A DNA stretch of 64,000 nt from an uncultured Pelagibacteraceae bacterium (GCA_902598125.1 CACKAJ010000002.1:105545-169544); one strand, 5' to 3'; counted from the first letter of the stretch, positions 1 through 10,261 are shown. Numbers and translations are program-made. The notes: generated from the letters alone by a model not told the origin.

Positions 1-1684
1 CACGGACGTTAAAAGAAGTATTTACTAATACTGGACAATTAGTAATTTTCTTAAATTCTTTGATTAAATCGAAGTACTTAGGGTTCGTCTCTTTGTGGAC
101 AGTTTGTATTCTAGCTGAATAATCTACATGTGTTATGGCAGGAATACTTGACCTCTTTACATTTAATTTATCTATACCAAATAAGTTTTCATCTGCCGTT
201 TTCATCTTAATTTGTTTGTCTTTTTTCACCTCCGAGACTAAAAGCATATATGGACTATCATTATCCAATTCAAACCATGAATTCACATCCTCCCTTAAAA
301 CTGAAGGAGCAAAGGGTCTGAAACTTTCTCTAAATTTAATTTTAAGATTAAGTTCTTTTTGCATTTTTTCTGATCGAGGATCCGCTAGAATTGATCTTCC
401 TCCTAGAGCTCTTGGTCCAAATTCCATTCTACCTTGAAACCAACCAACTGTTTTGCTTTCAGATAATTCTTTTGCAACTATCGATGAAATTTCGTCATTA
501 GTTTTTTTCTTATATTTACCTTTTAATTTTTTTAATTTGTTTTCAATATGTTTTTCCGAAAATTTGGGACCTAAATAAGCTCCTTTCATTTGATCTTTAA
601 AATTTTTTCTCAAGTTTTTTAACTCATGATGCCAATAAGCTAAAGCGGCACCCAGGGATCCACCTGCATCACCTGCTGCTGGTTGTATCCAAATTTTTTC
701 AAATATTTTTTTTTTTAATATTTTTCCATTCGCCACACAATTTAAAGCAACACCGCCTGCCAAACATAAATTTTTTATTTTATATTCATTAGCAATATTT
801 TTAGTAAGTCTGATAACAACTTCCTCTGTTACTGCTTGTATAGATGATGCAATATCCATATGAAAATCTTTAAGTAAATCTTTTTTTGGATTTCTTATAG
901 GATGACCAAAAAGATCAGAAAATTTTTTATTTGTCATTGTAAGGCCTGTAGCATAATTAAAATATTTCATATTTAATTTAAAAGAACCGTCTTCTTTAAG
1001 GTCCATCAACTCTTTAATTATTAAATCTTTATATTTTGGTTTACCGTACGGAGCTAATCCCATAACTTTATACTCTCCACTATTTACTTTAAATCCGGTG
1101 TAATAAGTAAATGCAGAATAAAGTAATCCTAATGAATGTGGAAAATGGATTTCTTTTATCATTTCTAATTTGTTATCTCTTCCTACAGCTACAGTGGTAG
1201 TTGCCCATTCTCCAACACCGTCAAGTGTTAAAACGACAGCTTCTCTAAAAGGTGAAGGATAAAATGCACTTGCAGCATGACTGAAGTGGTGTTCAGAAAA
1301 TTTAATTTTTTTTATATCTTTAAATTCCTCATCGTGTTGTTGAAGTTTTTCAAATAAAAAATTTTTTTGAAAGAGTTTTTCTCTCAACCAAATTGGCATT
1401 GAAAGACTAAAAGATTGAAAACCTTTAGGAGCAAAAGCCATATAAGTTTCTAGCAATCTTTCAAATTTTAAAAAAGGTTTTTCAAAAAAAACTACGTAGT
1501 CTACTTCGCTAAGCTTTAATTTGCCTTCAGACAAAACATAGTTTACTGCATTAAATGGATATCTTGGATCGTGTTTTTTTCTCGAAAATCTCTCTTCTTG
1601 AGCTGCAGCAATTATATCTCCATTAACGACTAATGCTGCTGCACTGTCATGGTAGAACGCTGAAATTCCTAAAATAGAAGTCAC
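1..1684 (-). CDS. Carbamoyltransferase, NodU/CmcH (SxtI-like) family; 3' end runs off the window
   Basis: Read manually, absent from the ORF track. GTG at 1684 gives MTSILGISAFYHDSAAA; later motifs EHHFSHAASAF, DGVGEW, LCLAGGVALNC, QPAAGDAGG, GRMEFGPRALG, LVNTSFNVR. Confidence 0.92.
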   Translation of the reverse strand, partial: MTSILGISAFYHDSAAALVVNGDIIAAAQEERFSRKKHDPRYPFNAVNYVLSEGKLKLSEVDYVVFFEKPFLKFERLLETYMAFAPKGFQSFSLSMPIWLREKLFQKNFLFEKLQQHDEEFKDIKKIKFSEHHFSHAASAFYPSPFREAVVLTLDGVGEWATTTVAVGRDNKLEMIKEIHFPHSLGLLYSAFTYYTGFKVNSGEYKVMGLAPYGKPKYKDLIIKELMDLKEDGSFKLNMKYFNYATGLTMTNKKFSDLFGHPIRNPKKDLLKDFHMDIASSIQAVTEEVVIRLTKNIANEYKIKNLCLAGGVALNCVANGKILKKKIFEKIWIQPAAGDAGGSLGAALAYWHHELKNLRKNFKDQMKGAYLGPKFSEKHIENKLKKLKGKYKKKTNDEISSIVAKELSESKTVGWFQGRMEFGPRALGGRSILADPRSEKMQKELNLKIKFRESFRPFAPSVLREDVNSWFELDNDSPYMLLVSEVKKDKQIKMKTADENLFGIDKLNVKRSSIPAITHVDYSARIQTVHKETNPKYFDLIKEFKKITNCPVLVNTSFNVR

Positions 1685-1837
1685 TTAAAATATAGTATAA
1701 ATAAATGGAGCTACTGCTGACCCTTGACTCAAAACAATTAAAACACCAAATAAAGCTAGAACAATGATTATTGGTAATAACCAATATTTTTTTCTCTCAC
1801 TTAAAAATTCCCAAAATTCCTTAAAAAATTCAATCAT
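1685..1837 (-). CDS. DUF5989 / SxtK-like small membrane protein (50 aa)
   Basis: MIEFLKEFWEFLSERKKYWLLPIIIVLALFGVLIVLSQGSAVAPFIYTIF; start overlaps the upstream stop (TAATG); ends in the characteristic APFIYTxF. Confidence 0.85.
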   Translation of the reverse strand: MIEFFKEFWEFLSERKKYWLLPIIIVLALFGVLIVLSQGSAVAPFIYTIF

Positions 1838-2217
1838 TAAAATTGTTTATCCATAGACCCTAAATTTTTTTTTCTTTTTACCCAATAACTCTTTATATCA
1901 TTACTAAATTTCATTCCTATTAAATCTTTACCAAATAGTCTTACTAATAAACTTATTGGTGTTAATATTAAAAAATAAACAATTGCCATTACTATAGGTG
2001 CAATAAATCTTCCTAATATTTCGCCAAGTTTGATCCACGCTTTATTAAAAGGAGATAATATTTTAGAGTTTAATAAACCCAATACTAAAAAAATTAAGGC
2101 GATTGAAATCAAATAAAAATTTATCTCCCCTTTTTTTGTTAGAGGCCATAAAGCAATTACTAAGAAAACGATAAAAAACAGTAGCCCAAAGCTTCTGTTT
2201 TGATTTTTTTGTTTCAT
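1837..2217 (-). CDS. SxtJ family membrane protein
   Basis: NRSFG motif, transmembrane segments, LTPI..L.RLFGKD, C-terminal SYW..R....MDKQF; lies with the carbamoyltransferase. Confidence 0.85.
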   Translation of the reverse strand: MKQKNQNRSFGLLFFIVFLVIALWPLTKKGEINFYLISIALIFLVLGLLNSKILSPFNKAWIKLGEILGRFIAPIVMAIVYFLILTPISLLVRLFGKDLIGMKFSNDIKSYWVKRKKNLGSMDKQF

Positions 2218-2226
2218 ATTATTGAT

Positions 2227-4008
2227 TTAGTTAAGACCCTTTTGAGGCTTCATATCCTCTTTTTTAATACCAGCTACCCTTACTGGTTTTTTCATTGCAT
2301 CTCTTCTGAACGGCTCACCTAATTCTTGATTAAGTATTACTTCAATAAATGTTGTGATCCCTTTTTTTTGATCTTCGCACGACTGTTTAATGGCCTTTGT
2401 GGTTTCTTCCATAGTTTTTACCGTAACTCCTTTTAAACCACATGCATTGGCTACTTTGGCATAGCTTAATTCTGGATCTAATTCTGTTCCTATAAAATTA
2501 TTATCAAACCATAATGTAGTGTTTCTTTTTTCTGCACCCCATTGATAATTTCTAAATATAACCATTGATATAGCTGGCCACTCTTCACGCGCACATGAGC
2601 TCATCTCATTCATACTAATTCCAAAAGCTCCATCACCTGCAAAACCAATTACAGGAGTGTCAGGGCAACCAATTTTAGCACCTAAGATAGATGGAAAACC
2701 GTAACCGCAAGGACCAAATAAACCTGGAGCTAAATATTTTCTACCTTTTTCAAAAGTTGGATAAGCATTCCCTATCGCACAATTGTTTCCTATATCACTT
2801 GAAATTATTACATCTTCTGGCATTCCAGCTTGGATAGCTCTCCAAGCTTGTCTAGGTGACATTCGATCTTTATCTCTATCTCTTGCCTCTTTATTCCAAA
2901 CTGTTCCTGGATCATCATCTTCATGATCTAAGCTAGAAAGTTTTTGTAACCAAGCTGATTTCGTTTGATGAATTAAATCTTTTCTTTTTTGTCTATCAGC
3001 ATCTCCTGCTTTTGGAGATAGTTTACTTAGTAATTGTTGAGCAACTAATTTAGCATCTCCGCAGATTCCAACTGTTACTTTTTTTGTCAAACCTATTCGG
3101 TCCGAATTCATATCAACTTGAATAATTTTTGCATTTTTTGGCCAATAATCAATTCCATAACCTGGTAAAGTTGAAAAAGGATTTAATCTTGTGCCTAGTG
3201 CTAAGACAACATCTGCTTTTGCGATCAATTCCATTGCAGCTTTTGAACCATTGTAACCTAAAGGTCCCACTGCTAATGGATGGCTTCCTGGAAAACTATC
3301 GTTATGTTGGTAGCCAGAACATACTGGTGAGTCTAATTTTTCAGCAAGCTTCACGCAATCTTTAATTGCTCCACCAATCACTACACCTGCACCTGATAAA
3401 ATTACAGGAAACTTTGCGTTAGAAAGTAAGTTTGCTGCTTCCTCTATCGCCGCTTTACCGCCAGCTTGTCTTTCTAATCTTACGATTGGTGGTAACTCAA
3501 TATCTATTACTTGTGTCCAATAATCTCTTGGCACATTAATTTGTGCTGGAGCTGAACCCCTAATGGCTTTTTCAATAACTCTATTTAAAACTTCTGCAAT
3601 TCTAGATGGATCTCTAACTTCTTCTTGGTAACAAACCATATCTTTAAACAGGTTCATTTGTTCAACTTCTTGGAATCCTCCTTGACCCATTGTTTTGTTT
3701 GCAGCTTGAGGCGTAACCAGAAGAAGCGGAGTATGATTCCAATAAGCTGTTTTAATTGGTGTTACTAAACCAGTTATACCTGGACCGTTTTGTGCTACAA
3801 CCATTGACATTTTTCCGGTAGCACGTGTGTAACCATCAGCTATTAAACCACCGTTAGTCTCATGAGCAACGTCCCAAAAAGTAATTCCTGCATCAGGAAA
3901 AATATCTGAAATAGGCATGAACGCAGATCCGATGATACCAAACGCATGTTCAATTCCATGCATTTGTAAAACTTTTACAAAAGCTTCTTCTGTTGTCATT
4001 TTTGCCAT
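2227..4008 (-). CDS. xsc: Sulfoacetaldehyde acetyltransferase (TPP-dependent)
   Basis: MTTEEAFVKVLQMHGIEHAFGIIGSA, GDGAFGISMNE TPP motif, NYQWGAEKRN, GEPFRRDAMKKP. Confidence 0.96.
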   Translation of the reverse strand: MAKMTTEEAFVKVLQMHGIEHAFGIIGSAFMPISDIFPDAGITFWDVAHETNGGLIADGYTRATGKMSMVVAQNGPGITGLVTPIKTAYWNHTPLLLVTPQAANKTMGQGGFQEVEQMNLFKDMVCYQEEVRDPSRIAEVLNRVIEKAIRGSAPAQINVPRDYWTQVIDIELPPIVRLERQAGGKAAIEEAANLLSNAKFPVILSGAGVVIGGAIKDCVKLAEKLDSPVCSGYQHNDSFPGSHPLAVGPLGYNGSKAAMELIAKADVVLALGTRLNPFSTLPGYGIDYWPKNAKIIQVDMNSDRIGLTKKVTVGICGDAKLVAQQLLSKLSPKAGDADRQKRKDLIHQTKSAWLQKLSSLDHEDDDPGTVWNKEARDRDKDRMSPRQAWRAIQAGMPEDVIISSDIGNNCAIGNAYPTFEKGRKYLAPGLFGPCGYGFPSILGAKIGCPDTPVIGFAGDGAFGISMNEMSSCAREEWPAISMVIFRNYQWGAEKRNTTLWFDNNFIGTELDPELSYAKVANACGLKGVTVKTMEETTKAIKQSCEDQKKGITTFIEVILNQELGEPFRRDAMKKPVRVAGIKKEDMKPQKGLN

Positions 4009-4082
4009 AAATTTCCTCTAAGTATTTTGAAAATCTAGCTTTCATTATACTAAATTTTAGTCTATATCCATTAGATATTTTT

Positions 4083-4370
4083 ATGTCACGGCCTGATCTA
4101 ATCATACACGATGAAAAAGATAACGTAGGAGTTGTTGTAATAGAAACCACTAAAAAAGGCCAAGATTGTAGCGCCTGGATAATGGAAAATGACAAAACCG
4201 TAAAAGTTCAATCAACAAACGACGTTCCTTTAGGGCACAAAATTGCGCTGAAAGACCTTAAGATAGGAGACACAATTTTCAAATACGGACATGACATTGG
4301 AAAAGTAGTCAAGACAATTAAAAAAGGCGAACATGTTCACGTTCACAATGTAAAAACAAAAAAGTGGTAA
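4083..4370 (+). CDS. suyA: SAF-domain small subunit, probable (R)-sulfolactate sulfo-lyase alpha
   Basis: DNVGVVV, VPLGHKIAL, KYGHDIG, GEHVHVHNVKTKKW; precedes a UxaA-family gene in a sulfonate context. Confidence 0.8.
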   Translation: MSRPDLIIHDEKDNVGVVVIETTKKGQDCSAWIMENDKTVKVQSTNDVPLGHKIALKDLKIGDTIFKYGHDIGKVVKTIKKGEHVHVHNVKTKKW

Positions 4371-4376
4371 AATAGA

Positions 4377-5543
4377 ATGGAAATTCCAAAAAGTTTTTTA
4401 GGTTACAAGAGGGAGAACGGAAGAGCTGGAACAAGAAATCATGTAATTATTCTTCCAGTTGATGATATTTCAAATGCTTGTGCTGAAGCTGTAGCAAATA
4501 ATATTAAAGGAACAATTGCGCTACCACATTCTTATGGAAGGTTGCAATTTGGTGCAGATTTAGAATTACATTTTAGAACAATGATTGGTACAGGAAGAAA
4601 TCCAAACGTTGCCGCTGTTATTGTAATTGGAATAGAACCAAAGTGGACGAAAAAAATTGTCGACGGAATTGCAGAGACTGGGAAGCCAGTTGAAGGATTT
4701 CACATTGAAAGAAGTGGAGACATTCAAACGATAATGAAGGCATCTAAAAAAGCACAAGAGTTTTCTATGTGGGCGTCTGAAAAACAAAGAGAAGAATGTC
4801 CAATGAGTGATCTATGGATATCAGTTAAATGCGGTGAGTCAGACACAACATCTGGATTAGCTTCTAATCCGACTGTTGGAAATTTAATGGATAAGCTGGA
4901 ACCTCTTGGAGTTCATTTATGTTTTGGAGAAACTTCAGAATTAACTGGTGCAGAACAAGTTTGTGCTAAGAGAGGTGCTACTCCCGAAGCTCAGAAAAAA
5001 TTTATGAAGACTTGGAGTGAGTATAATGATTTCATTTTAAAAGAAGCAACAGATGATTTATCAGAAAGCCAACCTACTGCAGGGAATATTGCAGGAGGAT
5101 TAACTACTATTGAAGAAAAGGCTTTTGGAAATTTTCAAAAGATAGGTTCAAGAAAATTTATAGATGTTTTGGAGCCGGCAGAGGAACCAAAAAAAGGAAA
5201 AGGTTTATATTTCATGGATACATCTTCAGCTGCAGCTGAGTGTGTTACACTTCAAGCAGCTGGTGGATTTAATATACATCTATTCCCTACTGGGCAAGGA
5301 AATATTATCGGAAATCCGATAGAACCTGTTGTAAAACTTACTGCAAACCCTTTAACAGCTAAACTAATGAGTGAACACGTTGACTGTGATGTTTCAAAAA
5401 TTTTAACAAGAGAAATGAATCTTGATCAAGCAGGTGATAAATTAATTGAAACAACTTTAAAAGTTGCTAACGGAAGATTAACATGTGCTGAAGCTTTAGG
5501 TCATAGAGAATTTGTGATGACAAAGCTTTATAGAAGTGCTTAA
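4377..5543 (+). CDS. suyB: UxaA-family lyase, probable (R)-sulfolactate sulfo-lyase beta
   Basis: [55 protein letters not shown]; split two-gene form. Confidence 0.82.
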   Translation: MEIPKSFLGYKRENGRAGTRNHVIILPVDDISNACAEAVANNIKGTIALPHSYGRLQFGADLELHFRTMIGTGRNPNVAAVIVIGIEPKWTKKIVDGIAETGKPVEGFHIERSGDIQTIMKASKKAQEFSMWASEKQREECPMSDLWISVKCGESDTTSGLASNPTVGNLMDKLEPLGVHLCFGETSELTGAEQVCAKRGATPEAQKKFMKTWSEYNDFILKEATDDLSESQPTAGNIAGGLTTIEEKAFGNFQKIGSRKFIDVLEPAEEPKKGKGLYFMDTSSAAAECVTLQAAGGFNIHLFPTGQGNIIGNPIEPVVKLTANPLTAKLMSEHVDCDVSKILTREMNLDQAGDKLIETTLKVANGRLTCAEALGHREFVMTKLYRSA

Positions 5544-5544
5544 A

Positions 5545-6648
5545 CTATTTAACTGGGAATTTTACTTCTTCTTGTTTAGGTTTTTTGTATCTTAAATCGT
5601 GAATAATTTTTCTAAACCAAGCCATTAATGCTCCAAGCACAACTGCAAGAATAATTGCAAAGGCTCCGTATAAGAACGGTACTTCATTTGACATTTTAAC
5701 AATAAACTCTGCTAAACTATTTAATTCTGGTGTTGCAGCTTTACCTCCGTTAAATTCTATTTTTTTTCTGAAGAAAGAGTCGTAGGCGATTGCTATAGCT
5801 ACAGTTATTAAAAGCATTGCAAATAAAGACTTAAGCTCGTTGCTATCTAAAAATTGACCAATCTTTTGACCTACTTGAACTCCAACAATTGAACCTAAGA
5901 TCAAAGGAACTACAAGAAATAAATCAATAGTTCCGTAATTAAAAGAATGTAAAATTGTTACCACCGCACTTATGAAAACAGTAACAAACAATGAGGTCCC
6001 GGGAATTAATTTTATAGGCATTCCTATAATATAAATCATTGCTGGTACCATTAAGAACGCACCTCCTATTCCCATCATTGATGCAACAAACCCAACAACA
6101 AATCCTAATAAAACAGGAGTAAATGCACTTTCATATAGTCTAGATTTATTAAACCTCATTCTCAAAGGAAGACCTTGTAACCAATTATGATCGTGTAATT
6201 TTTTTTTAATACTTATTTTAGATTTTAAACGATTTCTTTCTCTTATGCCCTCAATTAACATTAATGTACCAACTATGGCTAAAAGATACATATACAATAA
6301 AGAAATTATTAAACTTATTTTTCCTATTTCTGAAAAAAAAGTAAATGTCATAATTCCTATGATAGTTCCAACTACACCACCTGAAACAATCATTAAACCC
6401 ATCTTATAATCTAAAGTTTTTTTATACCAATGAGTTAGAGAGCCAGAGACTGAGGTAGCAAGAATGTTATTAACTTCATTAGGAACTGCATACACTGGAG
6501 GTATACCCATAAAAATTAAAAATGGTGTCATCAAGAATCCTCCGCCAACACCGAAAAGTCCTGATAAAACTCCAACAGCCAAACTTAAAAATAATAAAAG
6601 AAAAATATCTATGTTTACTTGGGCAATAGGAAGATAAATTTCGAGCAT
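5545..6648 (-). CDS. Sulfite exporter TauE/SafE (TSUP) family
   Basis: LSGLFGVGGGFLMTP and MMGIGGAFLMVP repeats; multiple TM segments. Confidence 0.88.
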   Translation of the reverse strand: MLEIYLPIAQVNIDIFLLLFLSLAVGVLSGLFGVGGGFLMTPFLIFMGIPPVYAVPNEVNNILATSVSGSLTHWYKKTLDYKMGLMIVSGGVVGTIIGIMTFTFFSEIGKISLIISLLYMYLLAIVGTLMLIEGIRERNRLKSKISIKKKLHDHNWLQGLPLRMRFNKSRLYESAFTPVLLGFVVGFVASMMGIGGAFLMVPAMIYIIGMPIKLIPGTSLFVTVFISAVVTILHSFNYGTIDLFLVVPLILGSIVGVQVGQKIGQFLDSNELKSLFAMLLITVAIAIAYDSFFRKKIEFNGGKAATPELNSLAEFIVKMSNEVPFLYGAFAIILAVVLGALMAWFRKIIHDLRYKKPKQEEVKFPVK

Positions 6649-6687
6649 TAATATTAGGATTATGCCTGAAACATTAAGTTGTCAATC

Positions 6688-7038
6688 TTAATAAATTGTA
6701 GCTCCAAAAACTTTTACCAGACCATCCTCTACGCCTAAAACTAGCCTACCAAGAAATTCTCCAGGCATTGTTTGGCTTGTTTGTTTATAAAGAACAGTAA
6801 TAAATTGGTTTCTTCTTATTGTGCCTAAAAATTCTTGTTTTTCTGAAAGACTCGTAAGCAGCTTATTATTGGCCCATTGTTTTCCAAGCTCAACTTCATT
6901 TGCTCCGTAAAGCATTTGTGATGAAAAATCTTTGGTAAAGCCACCGTAATCTTTAATATTTGATGATTTGATTAAATTATCCCAAATTGGCTGAGCAATA
7001 TCCTTGATCTCTTTATCGGATTTTTCAAGCAACTCCAT
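6688..7038 (-). CDS. Hypothetical soluble protein directly downstream of aprA
   Basis: 116-aa ORF starting 6 nt after the aprA stop; no family recognised. Confidence 0.75.
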   Translation of the reverse strand: MELLEKSDKEIKDIAQPIWDNLIKSSNIKDYGGFTKDFSSQMLYGANEVELGKQWANNKLLTSLSEKQEFLGTIRRNQFITVLYKQTSQTMPGEFLGRLVLGVEDGLVKVFGATIY

Positions 7039-7044
7039 TAAACT

Positions 7045-8904
7045 TTATGAAGCTTTCTTTTCCTTCTTTTCGTCTACAATGTGATAAACTGGGACCTTCT
7101 CCATTGTGAACTTTTTAGTTTTAGGATCTCTTCTAGAAACAGTTAAACAGTGCCAATTATCATCATCGAGTTTTAAATGATCGCCTCTGTAATAATAACC
7201 CGGCCATCTAGTTTCTTCTCTGAATTTAGTATGCTCGGTTACACATTGTGATGTAATAGTTCTGTGTTTTAATTCCCATGCTCTCATAAGTTGGTGGTAG
7301 TCTTCAGCTCCAACGTTTTCTAAATCTTCTTCTAACCATTTTAATAATTCTAAACCTCTATTAAGCATATTCTCATTGGTCATATAATTTGTAGCTATTC
7401 CTCCGACATACTCATCCATAATTCTTTGTAGTCTTTGTAGCCCTTGAATAGGAGAAATATAACTTGGTGAAACAGTTCCACCTGTTATTTCATTTCTGCC
7501 TACTGTGTAGTTTTCAAGAGGTTTATAGATAACTTCTTTTAAATCTTTATATTGTTTTTCACTTACTTTAATTCCATCTGCTTTTTTATCTTCGATATAT
7601 TTCACGGCAGCTTTTGCAGCTAATCTTCCTTCTGTGAAAGATCCAGAAGAAAATTTATGTGCACTTCCACCTACAGTATCGCCCGCACCAAATAATCCAT
7701 CAACAGTTAACATTCTGTTATAACCCCAGAAATATTCTGGAGGAGATAAATCTTCTGGTCCACTTACCCAGGCTCCAGAACATGTTGCGTGCGAGCCCAT
7801 CACATAAGGTTCAGAAGTTGTAAGTTCTGGGTTTGTATATTTTGGATCAATGTTTTGTGAAGCCCATACAACAGCTTGACCGACTGTCATTCCTAAAAAG
7901 TTTTCCCATCCTACAGTTTCTAAATGAGGATCTTGGAACGCTTCTTTAGTCACCATATGAATTGGCCCTCCACCAGCTTGTACTTCTTGAATAAAAGCAT
8001 GATTTCTTAAACAAGTAGGTGTTGGATGGTGATCGATATACTCTCCTACTAAAGATTTAGTTTGGTCGTACCATTTCTTTTCATAATTCTCACCATTAGC
8101 ATTTTGTGTGTAAGTTTTTAAATGAAGGAAGTATGCTCCAACTGGACCATAACCATCTTTAAATCTGCATAAGACTATTCTGTTTTCCATTTGAGTCATT
8201 TTAGCTCCAACAGCTATTGGGAGTGCATAAGCAGAACCATTACTCCAAGGAGCGTACCAAGTTCTTCCCATTCCTTCACCAACTGCTCTAGGTTTGAAAA
8301 TGTGTGAAGCTCCACCTGCTGCAACAATTACAGCTTTAGCTTTAAACACATGGTAGTCTCCGGTTCTCATGTTAAAACCAACCGCTCCACCTATTCTATT
8401 TTCTTTTTCATCATCCATTAAAAGATGAGTGATCATTATTCTGTTATAAATTTTGTTAGCAGATTTTTTTGCTGCTTCGGCAACGATAGGTTTATAACTT
8501 TCACCGTGTATCATGATTTGCCATTTACCTTCTCTTAAATATCTTCCTGTTTTTTCATTCTTCATCATAGGTAAACCCCACTCATCAAACATATGAACCG
8601 TGGAGTCCACGTGACGAGCCATATCATAACCTAAATCTTCTCTAACCATTCCCATTAAATCATTTCGAGCATATCTAACATGATCTTCAGGTTGGTTTTC
8701 ATCCCACTGCATTCCCATATAGCAATTGATTGCATAAAGACCTTGCGCAACAGCTCCGCTTCTGTCGATATTAGCTTTTTCAACACAAACTATTTTTAAA
8801 TCTCTTCCCCAGTGTCTAGCTTCAAATGTAGCTCCTGTTCCAGCCATACCTCCACCGATAATGAGAATATCACTTTCTTCAACGTGTGTTTTTACGTTAG
8901 CCAT
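7045..8904 (-). CDS. aprA: Adenylylsulfate reductase alpha subunit (flavoprotein)
   Basis: GGGMAG FAD motif, RSGAVAQGLYAINCY, GKWQIMIHGESYK, HKFSSGSFTEGR, EETRWPGYYYR. Confidence 0.98.
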   Translation of the reverse strand: MANVKTHVEESDILIIGGGMAGTGATFEARHWGRDLKIVCVEKANIDRSGAVAQGLYAINCYMGMQWDENQPEDHVRYARNDLMGMVREDLGYDMARHVDSTVHMFDEWGLPMMKNEKTGRYLREGKWQIMIHGESYKPIVAEAAKKSANKIYNRIMITHLLMDDEKENRIGGAVGFNMRTGDYHVFKAKAVIVAAGGASHIFKPRAVGEGMGRTWYAPWSNGSAYALPIAVGAKMTQMENRIVLCRFKDGYGPVGAYFLHLKTYTQNANGENYEKKWYDQTKSLVGEYIDHHPTPTCLRNHAFIQEVQAGGGPIHMVTKEAFQDPHLETVGWENFLGMTVGQAVVWASQNIDPKYTNPELTTSEPYVMGSHATCSGAWVSGPEDLSPPEYFWGYNRMLTVDGLFGAGDTVGGSAHKFSSGSFTEGRLAAKAAVKYIEDKKADGIKVSEKQYKDLKEVIYKPLENYTVGRNEITGGTVSPSYISPIQGLQRLQRIMDEYVGGIATNYMTNENMLNRGLELLKWLEEDLENVGAEDYHQLMRAWELKHRTITSQCVTEHTKFREETRWPGYYYRGDHLKLDDDNWHCLTVSRRDPKTKKFTMEKVPVYHIVDEKKEKKAS

Positions 8905-9374
8905 TAATAGTAAACACCTTTTTTAAATGAATCTTTGCTTACAGTAGGAAGATCTCCGTCAATATTTAAACCTTTAGGTTCTGTGTAAAGTCTTTGTGTA
9001 GTTATTTCTCCTTGATTTGGTTTGTCTTCTTCAGCTAATTTAGGAATAAATTTACCCCAAGGTTTAGTTGTTATCGGTGAAACGAAATTTTTCTCTGTTC
9101 CATTTCTAAATTTAATTCTCCATGAAATAGTTCCCTTTTCCTCTTCTCTTCTTACTCTTACACTATGACCCATTGGTGCAAAATCGGCATAACCTCGAAC
9201 ATCTATTGCGTGATTTGGACAGGCTTTTACACATGAATAACATTCCCAACAAAAGTTAGGTTCAATATTTTTTGCTCGTCTAATTGTTTCATCAATATGC
9301 ATAATATCAGATGGGCAGATATCTACGCAATGACCGCAGCCATCACATCTAGTCATGTATACGAAAGTTGACAT
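8904..9374 (-). CDS. aprB: Adenylylsulfate reductase beta subunit (2x4Fe-4S)
   Basis: CDGCGHCVDICPSD and CWECYSCVKACP; RGYADFAP; stop overlaps the aprA start. Confidence 0.98.
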   Translation of the reverse strand: MSTFVYMTRCDGCGHCVDICPSDIMHIDETIRRAKNIEPNFCWECYSCVKACPNHAIDVRGYADFAPMGHSVRVRREEEKGTISWRIKFRNGTEKNFVSPITTKPWGKFIPKLAEEDKPNQGEITTQRLYTEPKGLNIDGDLPTVSKDSFKKGVYY

Positions 9375-9414
9375 AAATTATTTTTCTCCCTTTAAGTTTA
9401 ATAACATAAATTTC

Positions 9415-10209
9415 CTAATAATGCTTTGGTTGTTCTCTTTTAATTCCCAGTCCAAATTGCTCTGGAGCATCGGCTGGTGGTGGCAAATTGTCTCTAGAAC
9501 CATCAGCTTCTGCTAAATTTTTTTGAATCGCTGCGCCAGGTTTATAAAACATATGAGCAAATTTAGACCAATAAACTCCTCCAAATAAAACTAAATTTGA
9601 AACAATAAATAAAATTAAAAATAAATAACTAAGACCGGTCATACCAGAGTACTGTGTGTAAGACCAAGCTAAACCAAATGTTGCACAAGCTAACAATGCT
9701 AAAACAAATAAATCTGCTTTAATAATTCTATACCAAGGATGTGCTTCTGCTGAGACGTCCACTCTTAAAAAAAACCAAAACCAATATCCACCTAGACAAG
9801 TTAAAATTGCACCTGTATGCCATAAAGCTGTTAAAGTTGATGGAGTTTCAATGCCAACAGATGAATAGGAAAAAATTAAAATAGCTGAACAAATCCAAAA
9901 GATTATTGTTCCGTACATCCCTAAAACATGTGCTAACCTTCTTTTACCCCATCCAAGTTCTGAAGTTGTTGCGATATCATGAGCAACGGTTTTTAAAATA
10001 ACCGCAGTTCTTTTTCCAGTTGTTAATTCAACTTTAGCATTTTTTTTTGCTTTTTTTGCATTTTCAAAAAAATATTTTACGTTCTTCTTATGAAGAATAT
10101 CGACTAACACACCAATTAAAGTAAGAGCTGCCATAGCAATGACAAATCCCTGCATTGCAATTGCTGGAACTATTTCTGCTAGAGCTGAAAATGGATTGTT
10201 GGTTATCAT
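9415..10209 (-). CDS. aprM: APS reductase membrane anchor
   Basis: Multi-TM protein upstream of aprB; RRLAHVLGMYG, WSKFAHMFYKP. Confidence 0.9.
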   Translation of the reverse strand: MITNNPFSALAEIVPAIAMQGFVIAMAALTLIGVLVDILHKKNVKYFFENAKKAKKNAKVELTTGKRTAVILKTVAHDIATTSELGWGKRRLAHVLGMYGTIIFWICSAILIFSYSSVGIETPSTLTALWHTGAILTCLGGYWFWFFLRVDVSAEAHPWYRIIKADLFVLALLACATFGLAWSYTQYSGMTGLSYLFLILFIVSNLVLFGGVYWSKFAHMFYKPGAAIQKNLAEADGSRDNLPPPADAPEQFGLGIKREQPKHY

Positions 10210-10215
10210 TGAGCT

Positions 10216-10260
10216 TTTATATATAGGCGTATTTTAGAGGTCAAGTGAGAATGCTTCTCA
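10216..10260 (-). promoter_or_regulatory. Sigma70 promoter of aprMBA (leaderless) with an adjacent Fur-like inverted repeat
   Basis: Minus strand TTGACC(10244-10239)-17 nt-TATAAA(10221-10216)-6 nt-ATG; palindrome TGAGAA-tgc-TTCTCA at 10246-10260. Confidence 0.65.
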
Positions 10261-10261
10261 A

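Noticed and set aside
135-437. Plus-strand 100-aa ORF and similar shadow ORFs (3129, 4566, 10597, 16392, 18322, 20056, 22288, 29932, 30352, 31010, 31832, 37365, 45155, 45713, 48383, 52508, 54137, 56594, 58550, 58695, 58979, 60195, 60609, 62900)
   Set aside because: Antisense or out-of-frame overlaps of well-supported genes, with no recognisable motifs.
1-2217. Saxitoxin biosynthesis cluster
   Set aside because: Only sxtI/J/K-like genes are present; no sxtA, sxtG or other core genes in the window.
3950-4195. 81-aa ORF spanning the xsc/suyA spacer
   Set aside because: Overlaps both genes, lacks an RBS and has no family features.
7045-10209. Dissimilatory sulfate reduction
   Set aside because: AprM-type anchor rather than qmo, and no dsr or sat in the window; fits the oxidative lineage.
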